A DNA stretch of 64,000 bases from a virus, in IMG/VR virus record IMGVR_UViG_3300042474_001633, positions 1-64,000 of that record. The stretch is one strand, 5' to 3'. The position numbers and the translations under genes are program-made. The notes under the pieces were generated by a model. It saw only the letters and a program-made list of their open reading frames with translations. It was not told where the DNA came from and ran no database searches. This document shows positions 29,127-37,984 of this stretch, piece after piece. Positions within the stretch are counted from its first letter, which is position 1; the number at the start of each line of letters is the position of its first letter.

Positions 29127-29783
29127 TTAGTTAAATAAATCGTTGTCAATTCTTCGCTGCAGGCTGTATTGGCCAGCATCTTTTGCTCCAGGAGAATTAA
29201 ACTTTTCCTGCCAGTATTTATAGTTTGACTCGTTTGTCGAAATATTGCGGCTAAACAGTTCTTGAGTATCCTGAATAGTAGTTGCTGCACCATACGCAAT
29301 GACATTGATGTCTGCGCTTACCGATGAGCCTCTCAATCCGAGCCTGTCCATCCGAGCCTCGTAGTCGTTGTCTTCATAGTATGCAGGGTGGTAGTTCTCA
29401 TCAAAGAGTCCAACGGTTTTTACAATGTTTCTACCGATAGAGAAAGAAGACCACGCCTGAGATGTCTTAATAAGAACATCTGGACTTGATTTATCCGCAA
29501 GTTTTTGTAGTTCTCCTGGAGCGTACTTTATGTCGTTTGAAGCAACAACCCAATATGGCGCAAAAGGGAATGACTTAATCCCGAGGTTCCACGAGCCAGC
29601 AACACCTAGATTCGCTGGCATATTGAGAACAGTTGCCTTGCCGCCGTATAGACCAGAAGGCATCGAGTATTGCCCGCTGTTATCGATTACAAGCAAATGC
29701 TCAACCGCGCAATCAATTGACGAGATGCACTCTTCAAGCAAATCAAACCTATTGAGTACTGGGATTATTACTGCTGGAATCAC
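29127..29783 (-). CDS. GT2 glycosyltransferase
   Basis: VIIPVLNR...VIDNS...NLGVAGSWN...GLFDE...YYEDNDY. Confidence 0.85.
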   Translation of the reverse strand: MIPAVIIPVLNRFDLLEECISSIDCAVEHLLVIDNSGQYSMPSGLYGGKATVLNMPANLGVAGSWNLGIKSFPFAPYWVVASNDIKYAPGELQKLADKSSPDVLIKTSQAWSSFSIGRNIVKTVGLFDENYHPAYYEDNDYEARMDRLGLRGSSVSADINVIAYGAATTIQDTQELFSRNISTNESNYKYWQEKFNSPGAKDAGQYSLQRRIDNDLFN

Positions 29784-30502
29784 TTGTAGGACTTCTTCTT
29801 CCAGAACTGTAGTTGATATGAGCGGATAATTTTAGACTTTAAGGCAAAGCCATTCTTCTTGTTTGCTTCTTCATCAAATTCAACGGTTGAACTTGTCCAG
29901 TCATCTCGGCGGAATGGAATCACCTGACAAATCGGTGTTCCCTTTTCCAGAATGACAACATCCTTTTTGGTGTCAAGAAGCCTAAAAGGAAACTCAACTC
30001 CGAGTTTGTAGGAGTCTGTATCAACAACGCCAGACAGTGTCGCAAACGGCAAGTCAAAGTGGTTGAGCGGGTGTGTGTACAGGCAACTGTACCCAGGAGG
30101 AGTGATTACCCTCCAGCCTGGACTCCACTTGAGAATGCTTGGGCTTGCACCAAATGGCATAGGAAGTCCTGGTGCTTGGTCTGGACCGTGCTGTCCTACA
30201 AAGTTGATGTTGGTTGCCCAACGAAGACCAATCATTCCCTTTTCATTCCTGCGCAACTCCATATCAAATGGGAGAACAAACATGTATCCAGATGTCATTG
30301 CATCAAGAAACGGCATGCATCCTTTTAGCGTTAGGTTGCTGACTGCAACTCCGTCTGGGCTTAGTCCTGTTGTTTTTTCTCCAGGTAGGTGAAGCGGCAT
30401 ATCTCGGTACCATGTCGGAAGGTATTCCGCTGCAGGGCGAGGCTGTTCAAAAAGACTCTGCGCTTCATCTGATGTTGGTTCAAACTGGAGTTTCTTGGTC
30501 AT
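29780..30502 (-). CDS. Conserved phage hypothetical protein (possibly dUTPase-like beta fold)
   Basis: KGCMPFLDAMTSGY...TPPGYS.L..HP.N...GVVDTD...GTPICQVIPF.R; no catalytic motif assigned. Confidence 0.55.
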   Translation of the reverse strand: MTKKLQFEPTSDEAQSLFEQPRPAAEYLPTWYRDMPLHLPGEKTTGLSPDGVAVSNLTLKGCMPFLDAMTSGYMFVLPFDMELRRNEKGMIGLRWATNINFVGQHGPDQAPGLPMPFGASPSILKWSPGWRVITPPGYSCLYTHPLNHFDLPFATLSGVVDTDSYKLGVEFPFRLLDTKKDVVILEKGTPICQVIPFRRDDWTSSTVEFDEEANKKNGFALKSKIIRSYQLQFWKKKSYK

Positions 30503-31179
30503 GGCTTTATTACAACTTTCTTATGGTGAGACACATTTACGGTTGGGTCAATATAAATAGAAAAGCCACACTCTCTGGCAGATATGCACCAAGAGAAGTC
30601 TTCTCCGTATGGAACAAACATATCCTTGCCAGTCTGTTCGTCAACAACCTTTTCAAACTTTTCAACAAACCACGGCCTTGGCATATCCTCAAATACGCCC
30701 TGCTTCACACATACAAACCCAAAGCCAACAGCGCCGACTTCTACTGGGTCAAACGTATTCAGCAGTTTTTTGGGGTCTGAACTCTTGTCCAGCGCCGCGA
30801 ACATATGTACGCCCCTATCGCTTAGATATACGCCAGACACAATATTCTTGTCAGATTCATACAGCGCTAGAAAGTCTGATGGAGTCCAAGAGATGTCTGA
30901 ATCTATCCAGAAAATCTTTCCGTACTCAACTTCTCCACGGAGCGGAGCGCGGTTAAATGCATCAAGGTAATCGGAATCCATTGTTGTTGCTTCACGGGCA
31001 GACGCAACTCTTGGAGAGTACCTATTTGAGAATTTCCAAGTAATGCCCTTTTGTTCTAGAACATGGATTGTCTCAACAAGACTCCGCACATAGGCCGCTT
31101 CCATTGAGCGACCTGGAGTAGCAATAACTACATCAACTTTATTAGATTCCACGGTTTCTCCAGAATTCCATATTTGCAT
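30499..31179 (-). CDS. GT-A-like glycosyltransferase
   Basis: FWIDSDI, GFGF, PRPWF, GEDFSWC. True start may be GTG at 31152. Confidence 0.75.
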   Translation of the reverse strand: MQIWNSGETVESNKVDVVIATPGRSMEAAYVRSLVETIHVLEQKGITWKFSNRYSPRVASAREATTMDSDYLDAFNRAPLRGEVEYGKIFWIDSDISWTPSDFLALYESDKNIVSGVYLSDRGVHMFAALDKSSDPKKLLNTFDPVEVGAVGFGFVCVKQGVFEDMPRPWFVEKFEKVVDEQTGKDMFVPYGEDFSWCISARECGFSIYIDPTVNVSHHKKVVIKP

Positions 31180-32023
31180 ATTGGAATATTACCGATTGAG
31201 GTAAAACCTTTGCGATGTCTACATTGCTGCGAGAAATATTCTGACCGACATCATGCATTCCCTTGAGGCCATAGATGGCGTCATTTTCATGAAACTTATT
31301 ATGGATTGAAGAAAGGTCATGCTCAAACCTATCCATCTCCAGGAAGTCATAAATCCCATTCATCACTTCTTCTGTGTTGGATACCAGACTGTCGTACTCA
31401 ACGAAATGGAAGAACCTTCTGTTCTCTGGCTGACAGGCAAACATCACGCCATAAAGAGCGTTGTCGATTGGTCCCTGTGGGCGCATCAGGCTTGAACAGC
31501 GCACCTCGTCTGGGTGCTTGTAGAAATGAGCGCTTTTGTGCGCTTCAATTTCTTTGTCAATAAAAGAAACTCTGCCCTCATTCTCATGGACAAGATTAAT
31601 GAAGGATGCAAGTATCTCGACTATTGACCTAACCGTCACGATGATTCGTGGCTCGTATGGCATGTTCCTCTGAAGGAGTTCAAAGTTCTGAGGCATTGCC
31701 CATTCACGATTTTTGTCTATGACGAGTTTGCAGTCGGTGTCTGCGTAGAATGCTTCAAGCACACCTCGCACCACGCCTGGCAGGACATCTGGTTTCGGAT
31801 ACGCGGTCCACGGCTCGCTGACAATGATGCTTTGTTCCAAGTGCCACATCATTCCGCAAATGGGTGAATTAGGACCAGAGTGAACCTCTGGGTTTTGATT
31901 AAGGAGCGACCCTAGTAGGGTGCTTCCAGAGCGTGGCAATCCAGATAGAAATGCATACCGTTTTCCGGCTGTATTTTGTTTTTGGATGGGATTTGGTGTG
32001 CTTCCAGATACGATTATTTCCAT
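31142..32023 (-). CDS. Sulfotransferase
   Basis: GLPRSGSTLL 5'-PSB loop, R-x7-S 3'-PB motif (RSIVEILAS), VEYD.LV. Leaderless TATACT -10 lies 7 nt upstream. Confidence 0.85.
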   Translation of the reverse strand: MEIIVSGSTPNPIQKQNTAGKRYAFLSGLPRSGSTLLGSLLNQNPEVHSGPNSPICGMMWHLEQSIIVSEPWTAYPKPDVLPGVVRGVLEAFYADTDCKLVIDKNREWAMPQNFELLQRNMPYEPRIIVTVRSIVEILASFINLVHENEGRVSFIDKEIEAHKSAHFYKHPDEVRCSSLMRPQGPIDNALYGVMFACQPENRRFFHFVEYDSLVSNTEEVMNGIYDFLEMDRFEHDLSSIHNKFHENDAIYGLKGMHDVGQNISRSNVDIAKVLPQSVIFQYANMEFWRNRGI

Positions 32024-32050
32024 GCCTGGTAGTATAGTCGCATTACGCTT

Positions 32051-33163
32051 ATGGGCGCGTCCAAGTTTTCAGTCGGTTTTGTCTCCCAGGACTGGTCTCG
32101 TGTCAATGAGGTCAATATCCCAAACGGGTGCACGTGGTACCGCTGTGCAGTACCGGCATCAATCCTCAATTCCGCTGGTTACTCTGCGCATGTCGGAATG
32201 GCTTCTTCTACCGAACAGGGCCGTCTTGCCATATATCTAACCCCACCGTTTTACAAGCAACAGGGAATGATTTCTGGACATGACATCATCGTTTTAAAAG
32301 TTGTCATGAACCGTAAAACAAAAGAAATTGTCGAAGCAGAAATGCGGGCTGGTAAAAAAATAGTTGTTGACATTGATGACTGGTTTGACGACCTTCCTGA
32401 TACAAATAGGGCAAAACAGACGACTGACCCCGAAAAAAACCCCGACAATAACCGAGATATTTATTTTGAAATAATCGACATGGCTCATGCCATTATTTGC
32501 TCAACCCAATTTCTATATGACCAGTATTCAGCGCGGTACCCATCAAAGCCCGTCTTTATGGTCAGGAATTCAATCGATATTGCTCGCTGGCCGCAGCGGA
32601 AAATGCAGCCCAAACTCCCAGTCATCGGGTGGTGCGGTGCCACACCGTGGAGAGCAAATGACCTTGAGCAATTGGCGCCATTCATGAATGACTACCTAAA
32701 GTCGCGGCATCTCACATTCCATCATGCAGGGCACATCCAGAACGCGCACAGCGTAGCAGAATTGATGCAGGTTGACCCAAGTATTGTGTGTCTTGAGCCA
32801 ATGCAACCAATAACCAATCTTCCACAAATGTTGCAAAAGATAGACATCGGAATCGTCCCACTGAATGACCTACCATTCAATCACGCCAAGTCGTATCTAA
32901 AGGGTCTTGAATACGCTGCAGCGGGTATCCCTTTTGTTGCTTCTGACCTACCGGAATACAGGTTGCTTGCAAAAAACGGAGTGGGACGAATCGCAACTAC
33001 AGCAGAAGAATGGATTAAACATCTTGATGAACTTCAGGAATACAAATTGCGCTTTGAAGAAGCACAAAATAACTACGGCATTGTTAAAGATAAATACTCA
33101 ATGACTTCAATGAGCAATAAATGGCTTTCTGTATTTCGTGAAATTATGGACATGAAGGTTTAG
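32051..33163 (+). CDS. GT-B (GT4-like) glycosyltransferase
   Basis: NGCTWYRC, DIDDW, DIGIVPL..FNHAKSYLKGLEYAAAGIP; paralog of 5392..6501. Confidence 0.85.
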   Translation: MGASKFSVGFVSQDWSRVNEVNIPNGCTWYRCAVPASILNSAGYSAHVGMASSTEQGRLAIYLTPPFYKQQGMISGHDIIVLKVVMNRKTKEIVEAEMRAGKKIVVDIDDWFDDLPDTNRAKQTTDPEKNPDNNRDIYFEIIDMAHAIICSTQFLYDQYSARYPSKPVFMVRNSIDIARWPQRKMQPKLPVIGWCGATPWRANDLEQLAPFMNDYLKSRHLTFHHAGHIQNAHSVAELMQVDPSIVCLEPMQPITNLPQMLQKIDIGIVPLNDLPFNHAKSYLKGLEYAAAGIPFVASDLPEYRLLAKNGVGRIATTAEEWIKHLDELQEYKLRFEEAQNNYGIVKDKYSMTSMSNKWLSVFREIMDMKV

Positions 33164-33326
33164 GGGCCAAAAACCGTGGCACTGCGCTACGACGCTTATT
33201 TCAAAAAACTTCTCACCCTTTGGGGTGATGGCTGGCATTCGGTTTAAAACATTACATCTAAGAAAAAAACAATGCCACACTCTGCAGAAACAAACGCAGA
33301 CAGGCAAGCCCCCAGAATTGATAAAT

Positions 33327-33935
33327 TCAGCCGACTACTGGGGCCTCTTCTTGACCAAATTCAATAACATAATCCTCCAATTTTTTAAGCCTCTCGTCTA
33401 GTTCTCCGGTTAATGGCTTATTTGTCCATCCGGAGATAATTGAATAACGTGTTGAGCCAGAAACAGGACTCACGCCATGTGAATGCTCGTTTTCCGTTTT
33501 AGCCACATAAATTGAGCCGGTTTTGGGCGTTACAATTTTTCCAAAATCTGGATACAAGGCCTCACCACCATCAAAATCGTCATTCAAAAAAACTACGCTT
33601 TCTGCAACTCGGCCAATTTCTGTTGCGAAATATTTAAACATAGGCTGTTGAGCTCCTGGTTCAATACGCAGAATCGCCATGAATTCTACATTTACATCAT
33701 GGCCAATAAATTTAGAAACATAATCCTGCATTTTACGAAAAATCTGCAAACATAGTCTATGTGATTGAACGGAAGAACAGCGGCGATGTTGAAGCGTGGT
33801 AAAAAAATCTATAATTCTTTCATCAAGAAATGAACCAGGATAATTGTCCCAATCATTTTGGCATTCGGCCATCAAAATTAATAGGTCGCACTCATCAGGG
33901 CTCAGAAAATCTTCTTTTTGTGCAATTGTTTTCAT
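33327..33935 (-). CDS. 2OG-Fe(II) oxygenase-like protein, probably catalytically degenerate
   Basis: FLNDDFDGGE...HGVSPV..TRY is present, but the HxD iron ligands are absent (QQPMFKY at that position). Confidence 0.7.
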   Translation of the reverse strand: MKTIAQKEDFLSPDECDLLILMAECQNDWDNYPGSFLDERIIDFFTTLQHRRCSSVQSHRLCLQIFRKMQDYVSKFIGHDVNVEFMAILRIEPGAQQPMFKYFATEIGRVAESVVFLNDDFDGGEALYPDFGKIVTPKTGSIYVAKTENEHSHGVSPVSGSTRYSIISGWTNKPLTGELDERLKKLEDYVIEFGQEEAPVVG

Positions 33936-33942
33936 TTTATTG

Positions 33943-34590
33943 TTAACCCCGATTAATTATTTGACCCTTTAGGAGACTTCTCCTAAAGCTGCTGTATTCA
34001 TTATTGTAATCAAACATGGTTACCGCAGCATACTTGGTTCCCGTAATCACTGGCAGGCTTGCGTGGGAATAAATAAATGTTGACGGGAAAACAATAACAT
34101 CCCCAGCGGTTGGCTTGAGTTTGAGGTTCAACTTATCGAAAGATAATTCTCCACCTTCGTAATTATCGTTGTAATAAGCGATTGTTGAGATGGTGCACAC
34201 ATAATGATGCGCATGGTCTGAGTGGTAAGAAAAATGAGTTCCCTGTTTGTATTTTACAAAATTTACTGCTTCCATATAATTCATACTTATGCCGTATGAC
34301 CGAGAATAATCTTCAACGCAACCTCTAACTTGACTAATTGTTTCTTCATAAACTGAGACAATTTTGTCCTGCACATATGGGATTTCATTTGTTCCCATTT
34401 TAAAATCTTGACAATTTCTGTAACTTTCGTCTGGTACCTGCTCGTATCCAACAAGCGCAAGCGACCATTTATTGCACGACTGCTCATCGGTAAGGCACTG
34501 ATTTAGTAGTTCTGATGAGTCTGGGCCGAGTGTGGATTTATAAATTCTTATCCCCAGTTCTGGTGGTCCTAGGTTAACAAAGTCCATCAC
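33943..34590 (-). CDS. 2OG-Fe(II) oxygenase (prolyl 4-hydroxylase-like)
   Basis: HSD...YYNDNYEGGEL...FPS...H...GTKY. Confidence 0.88.
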   Translation of the reverse strand: MMDFVNLGPPELGIRIYKSTLGPDSSELLNQCLTDEQSCNKWSLALVGYEQVPDESYRNCQDFKMGTNEIPYVQDKIVSVYEETISQVRGCVEDYSRSYGISMNYMEAVNFVKYKQGTHFSYHSDHAHHYVCTISTIAYYNDNYEGGELSFDKLNLKLKPTAGDVIVFPSTFIYSHASLPVITGTKYAAVTMFDYNNEYSSFRRSLLKGQIINRG

Positions 34591-35408
34591 ATATTCCAGT
34601 TCGGGATTAAATTTCCAGTTTCTTCAACTGCGCCCATCATCCATTTTGATTCTTTGAATTCGCGAGCAAGCCTGTCCTTCTCCATTTCGCCCCAAATATC
34701 TTTGCCGTATTTGGTTTCGTTTGCTTTCCAACTATCGCTACCGTCATACTCGTATCCCCAGAACATGCGTATGAATAACTTACGGCTAGAGAGTGTTTTG
34801 CATACACCGTGGTAATACGGGTGATGTGCCGGGAGAATCAGCATATCGCCTGCCCGAGGTTTGTATTTAAAATGGACAAATGGGTCATTTTCAGAAATGT
34901 TATTTTCATCTGCGAATACCTTAAAAGCTATTTCTCCACCCTGGTAATCATCATTTACATAAAGTAGGCAGGTTATCCAAAATTTATAACCTGGGTTGTG
35001 TGTTTCGGCCATTTTGAAATCCGTGTGATACTGCATAGCAAGCGTTCCGTCTATTGGTTTTGCAGAATGAGTCAGCAAGAATGGGCCATAGTGCGACCAA
35101 TTGGGAATTTCAATTCCATATTTGGATACATACTGATTAGTAGTTTCATAAAAAATTGATGCAGTTTCCATTGCTACTGGGTTATTTGATATTATTGAAT
35201 AATTTGATTCCCATTCGTGTTTTGTTGGAAATGATGTAGAAAAGAAATTTGGATATCCGATAAAGTGGGTTTCTTTGCCGAGATTGTACCAATCGGTCCA
35301 GGGGTGAACATGCGGGGAACCGTCCGCTAATAGCGATTCAAAATTTTTCGAGTCCCCAATTGTGTCACGGAAGACAACTATTTTTGGATAAAGCTCTTCT
35401 TGATTCAC
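34587..35408 (-). CDS. 2OG-Fe(II) oxygenase (prolyl 4-hydroxylase-like)
   Basis: HTD...YVNDDYQGGEI...PYYHGV. Confidence 0.85.
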   Translation of the reverse strand: MNQEELYPKIVVFRDTIGDSKNFESLLADGSPHVHPWTDWYNLGKETHFIGYPNFFSTSFPTKHEWESNYSIISNNPVAMETASIFYETTNQYVSKYGIEIPNWSHYGPFLLTHSAKPIDGTLAMQYHTDFKMAETHNPGYKFWITCLLYVNDDYQGGEIAFKVFADENNISENDPFVHFKYKPRAGDMLILPAHHPYYHGVCKTLSSRKLFIRMFWGYEYDGSDSWKANETKYGKDIWGEMEKDRLAREFKESKWMMGAVEETGNLIPNWNM

Positions 35409-35998
35409 AAAACACTCCGAATTCCTGTCACTGTCCAGAACGTGGACACTGTGTATCTTATCCCATCGGTAACCGTATTGACTCCATGGATAAAGTTTAT
35501 GTCGCCGGGGAAAATTATCAGCATGTTTCTGACTGGTTTTGCTGTGAATGATTGAATCGGGAAAAATATTTCTCCTCCTTTGAAATCATTATTGAGATAA
35601 AATACTGACGATAGGTCGTATGTTGGACAACAGTTTTTGCTTCCATCAAGTTCCTGTTTATCGGCATGTGGTGCTTGCTCATCACCAACTTGCCATCTAT
35701 TTAGCTGAGCTCCAGTTGAGTCGGCCAAAATGTCAAACGTAGTTTGAAGTATGTTTTTCGTTTTGATATATAGATTTTCGTAAATGTTCTTCGCTATAGG
35801 CTCAGTAAAATCTCTATGTACCCTGTCGGACCATTGATGATGGCCGTATACGGCAGACCAATCGTCATTACACTTTGCATAGCGAAGCAATTCTGCGAGC
35901 TCATCGGTCGGTAGTAAATTTTCAAAAATGTGTATATTGTCCACAGAATCACCCCAATACCCAGAGGGGGTTAGCTCAATTCTGGTGCTGTAATTCAT
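35405..35998 (-). CDS. 2OG-Fe(II) oxygenase (prolyl 4-hydroxylase-like)
   Basis: HAD...YLNNDFKGGE...HGV..GIRY. Start placed at MNYSTR (35998). Confidence 0.88.
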   Translation of the reverse strand: MNYSTRIELTPSGYWGDSVDNIHIFENLLPTDELAELLRYAKCNDDWSAVYGHHQWSDRVHRDFTEPIAKNIYENLYIKTKNILQTTFDILADSTGAQLNRWQVGDEQAPHADKQELDGSKNCCPTYDLSSVFYLNNDFKGGEIFFPIQSFTAKPVRNMLIIFPGDINFIHGVNTVTDGIRYTVSTFWTVTGIRSVL

Positions 35999-36491
35999 AA
36001 TTAACTGATGGGTTTTTTGTTTCGCTGCCATAAACAAAACATGTCAACATATACCTAGTTCCACTAGAAACAGTGCTGACCAGGTGTGGCTCATCACCGG
36101 CATGAACAACCAATTGTGATGCAGATGGTCGCCAAACAGTGTTAAGACGCGGGTACACGAGGTCCCCACCCTCAAAGTTATCATTCAGATATACAACGCA
36201 TCCGAATCTGCATGTCTTCTGATAGTTGTCAGTGTGTTCTCCCATTCCACCACCCTGGGAGATTCTTTGTATTCCACAAAATGGGCTTATAAAATCATAA
36301 TCATCAAAATATAATTTAATTCGCTCATTTAACAAATCAAATATTGGTGATTGAAATGGGAATCTATTGCCAACCCAATATTCCCCACCACCATTTTGTA
36401 TTGACCAATCACTGCTACTCGCAGAATATGCGGTGCAGAGCAACTCAAGTCTTTCGTCTTCAGTTAGAAAAGAGTCGATGTGTAAAAGCAT
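35976..36491 (-). CDS. 2OG-Fe(II) oxygenase (prolyl 4-hydroxylase-like)
   Basis: HTD...YLNDNFEGG...H.V..GTRY. Confidence 0.88.
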   Translation of the reverse strand: MLLHIDSFLTEDERLELLCTAYSASSSDWSIQNGGGEYWVGNRFPFQSPIFDLLNERIKLYFDDYDFISPFCGIQRISQGGGMGEHTDNYQKTCRFGCVVYLNDNFEGGDLVYPRLNTVWRPSASQLVVHAGDEPHLVSTVSSGTRYMLTCFVYGSETKNPSVNYELQHQN

Positions 36492-36512
36492 GTATGGAAC
36501 CGCATTCCACTA

Positions 36513-36758
36513 TCACCACTTGTTTAGTGGGCAAACTGCAGTATTGAGTTTTGTCTTTAATGACATGAAGCAGCCACACTCTTTGCATTGTTTTGTCAAC
36601 TTAATTAATTTTGGGCACGCTTCGCAAATCTGCATTCTAGTACTGGCAATTTCGTCTGTTGTGTAATTTGACTTATCCAACAAGTCGGTTGGCAATACCT
36701 TTGCCCCATTTTGTAATTGCATTTGTCTTCTTTTTTTGAATTCCTCGTAGGCGGTCAT
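36513..36758 (-). CDS. Small Cys-rich, probably metal-binding protein
   Basis: R..ICEAC...QCKECGCFM..K......CP..KW. Confidence 0.7.
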   Translation of the reverse strand: MTAYEEFKKRRQMQLQNGAKVLPTDLLDKSNYTTDEIASTRMQICEACPKLIKLTKQCKECGCFMSLKTKLNTAVCPLNKW

Positions 36759-37225
36759 TATGTCACTGCTCCTGGTTCGTTGAATTTTTTAACATATTTA
36801 TTCGCAAAATTAGCGCTTGCCAGTGTCACAGTAGTGTCTGACCATGATTTTTTGTAGTCAAAGTCTTCTGTTTCTTCGTTTTCAAGAATGTAGTCAGCAA
36901 CTTTTGTTCCTATTCCTTGTCGTTGGTGGTCTGGGTGAACATCAAAAATAAAGGGTTTATATATATTTTGTTCTTCGTTATAGTATCTAGCTACTACACA
37001 AAGAAGTTGTCCATCTTCTCCTCGATACAGGAAGGTTTCTACATTTATTTCATTATTGTGACCGAAAATATTGGGGAATCTTGCTGGAAGTATTTGTTTA
37101 GAGAAGCCTGGGGTGCCAAATTCCCCAAATTTTGCTTCAAAGAAAGACCATGTAGTGAAAAAACTTTCCTCTGTTCTTTCTATAGTTGGCAGCAAATCTT
37201 GCCATGATGCATTTTTTTTAATCAT
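36758..37225 (-). CDS. GNAT acetyltransferase
   Basis: VHPDHQRQGIGT acetyl-CoA-binding motif A. Confidence 0.75.
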   Translation of the reverse strand: MIKKNASWQDLLPTIERTEESFFTTWSFFEAKFGEFGTPGFSKQILPARFPNIFGHNNEINVETFLYRGEDGQLLCVVARYYNEEQNIYKPFIFDVHPDHQRQGIGTKVADYILENEETEDFDYKKSWSDTTVTLASANFANKYVKKFNEPGAVT

Positions 37226-37282
37226 AAGTCAATCATTCGCTCCCATCTTTTTTGTGTCGTATATTTTTATTCACCGACCACA

Positions 37283-37984
37283 TTATAGGCATCCTTCCTC
37301 GCCATTTCCCTTGATGTCAATGCATCCTGAACCGCTGCCACCGCCACAGGAGGCACAGTTGCCGGTCGGTGGAAAACTGGGCGTTGGAAAACTGGGCGTT
37401 GGAAAACTGGGGGTTGGAAAACTGGGGGTTGGTGCCACATAGCCACAGCAACCATTTCTAAGCGCTCCGTAATACCCACCCTCATAACCCGGACAACCTT
37501 GACACCAGTATTCATATGAAGTCTCGCCGGAGCAAGTATATCCGCAGCCATCGCCGTCAACACACCCGGCGTTACCGCCGCAACTCCTCGAGCAGTTGCT
37601 GGATGGCGGGTCTCCGGTTGGATACCCAGGGGGTGGACAGCTTGCTGGCGGGAAGGAAGGCGCTGGCGGGAAAGAAGGAGCTGGCGCCGCCGGTGTGGCC
37701 GAGTTGGATGCAGTTGATACAGCGCTCACCCCGTATCCAGTAACCGTGGTGACCGTAAATGTGTAAGCAGTTCCATTGCTTAAACCAGTCACCGTTATGG
37801 GCGAACTAGAACCACTTCCCGTAAAACCTCCGGGGGATGAAGTTGCCACATAGGTTGCAACACCTTTACCGTCGTATGCTGGAAGAGTAAAAGAAACAGT
37901 TGCTTGACCGTTGCCCGCACTAGCCGAAACAGATGTCGGCGCATCAGAGAACTTTCCCTGACTAGAAGTATTTCCCGGTATCAT
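37283..37984 (-). CDS. Fibronectin type III protein with Pro-rich (PSFP) repeats and Cys-rich segments
   Basis: APTSVSA.AGNGQATVSF...ITVTGLSNGTAYTFTV (FN3); APSFPP x2 and TPSFP x4. Confidence 0.8.
   Translation of the reverse strand: MIPGNTSSQGKFSDAPTSVSASAGNGQATVSFTLPAYDGKGVATYVATSSPGGFTGSGSSSPITVTGLSNGTAYTFTVTTVTGYGVSAVSTASNSATPAAPAPSFPPAPSFPPASCPPPGYPTGDPPSSNCSRSCGGNAGCVDGDGCGYTCSGETSYEYWCQGCPGYEGGYYGALRNGCCGYVAPTPSFPTPSFPTPSFPTPSFPPTGNCASCGGGSGSGCIDIKGNGEEGCL
37371..37430. repeat. 15-nt tandem repeat x4 (encodes TPSFP on the minus strand)
   Basis: ggaaaactggg(c/g)gtt repeated four times. Confidence 0.9.

Noticed and set aside
8733-29305. Many alternative-frame and antisense ORFs over the repeat genes
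   Set aside because: These are shadows of low-complexity, stop-poor repeat coding, with no independent initiation signals.
33107-33326. Cys-rich 66-aa ORF and a small hairpin between convergent genes
   Set aside because: No SD, overlaps a real gene end and has no recognisable motif. The 6-bp hairpin lacks a U tract.
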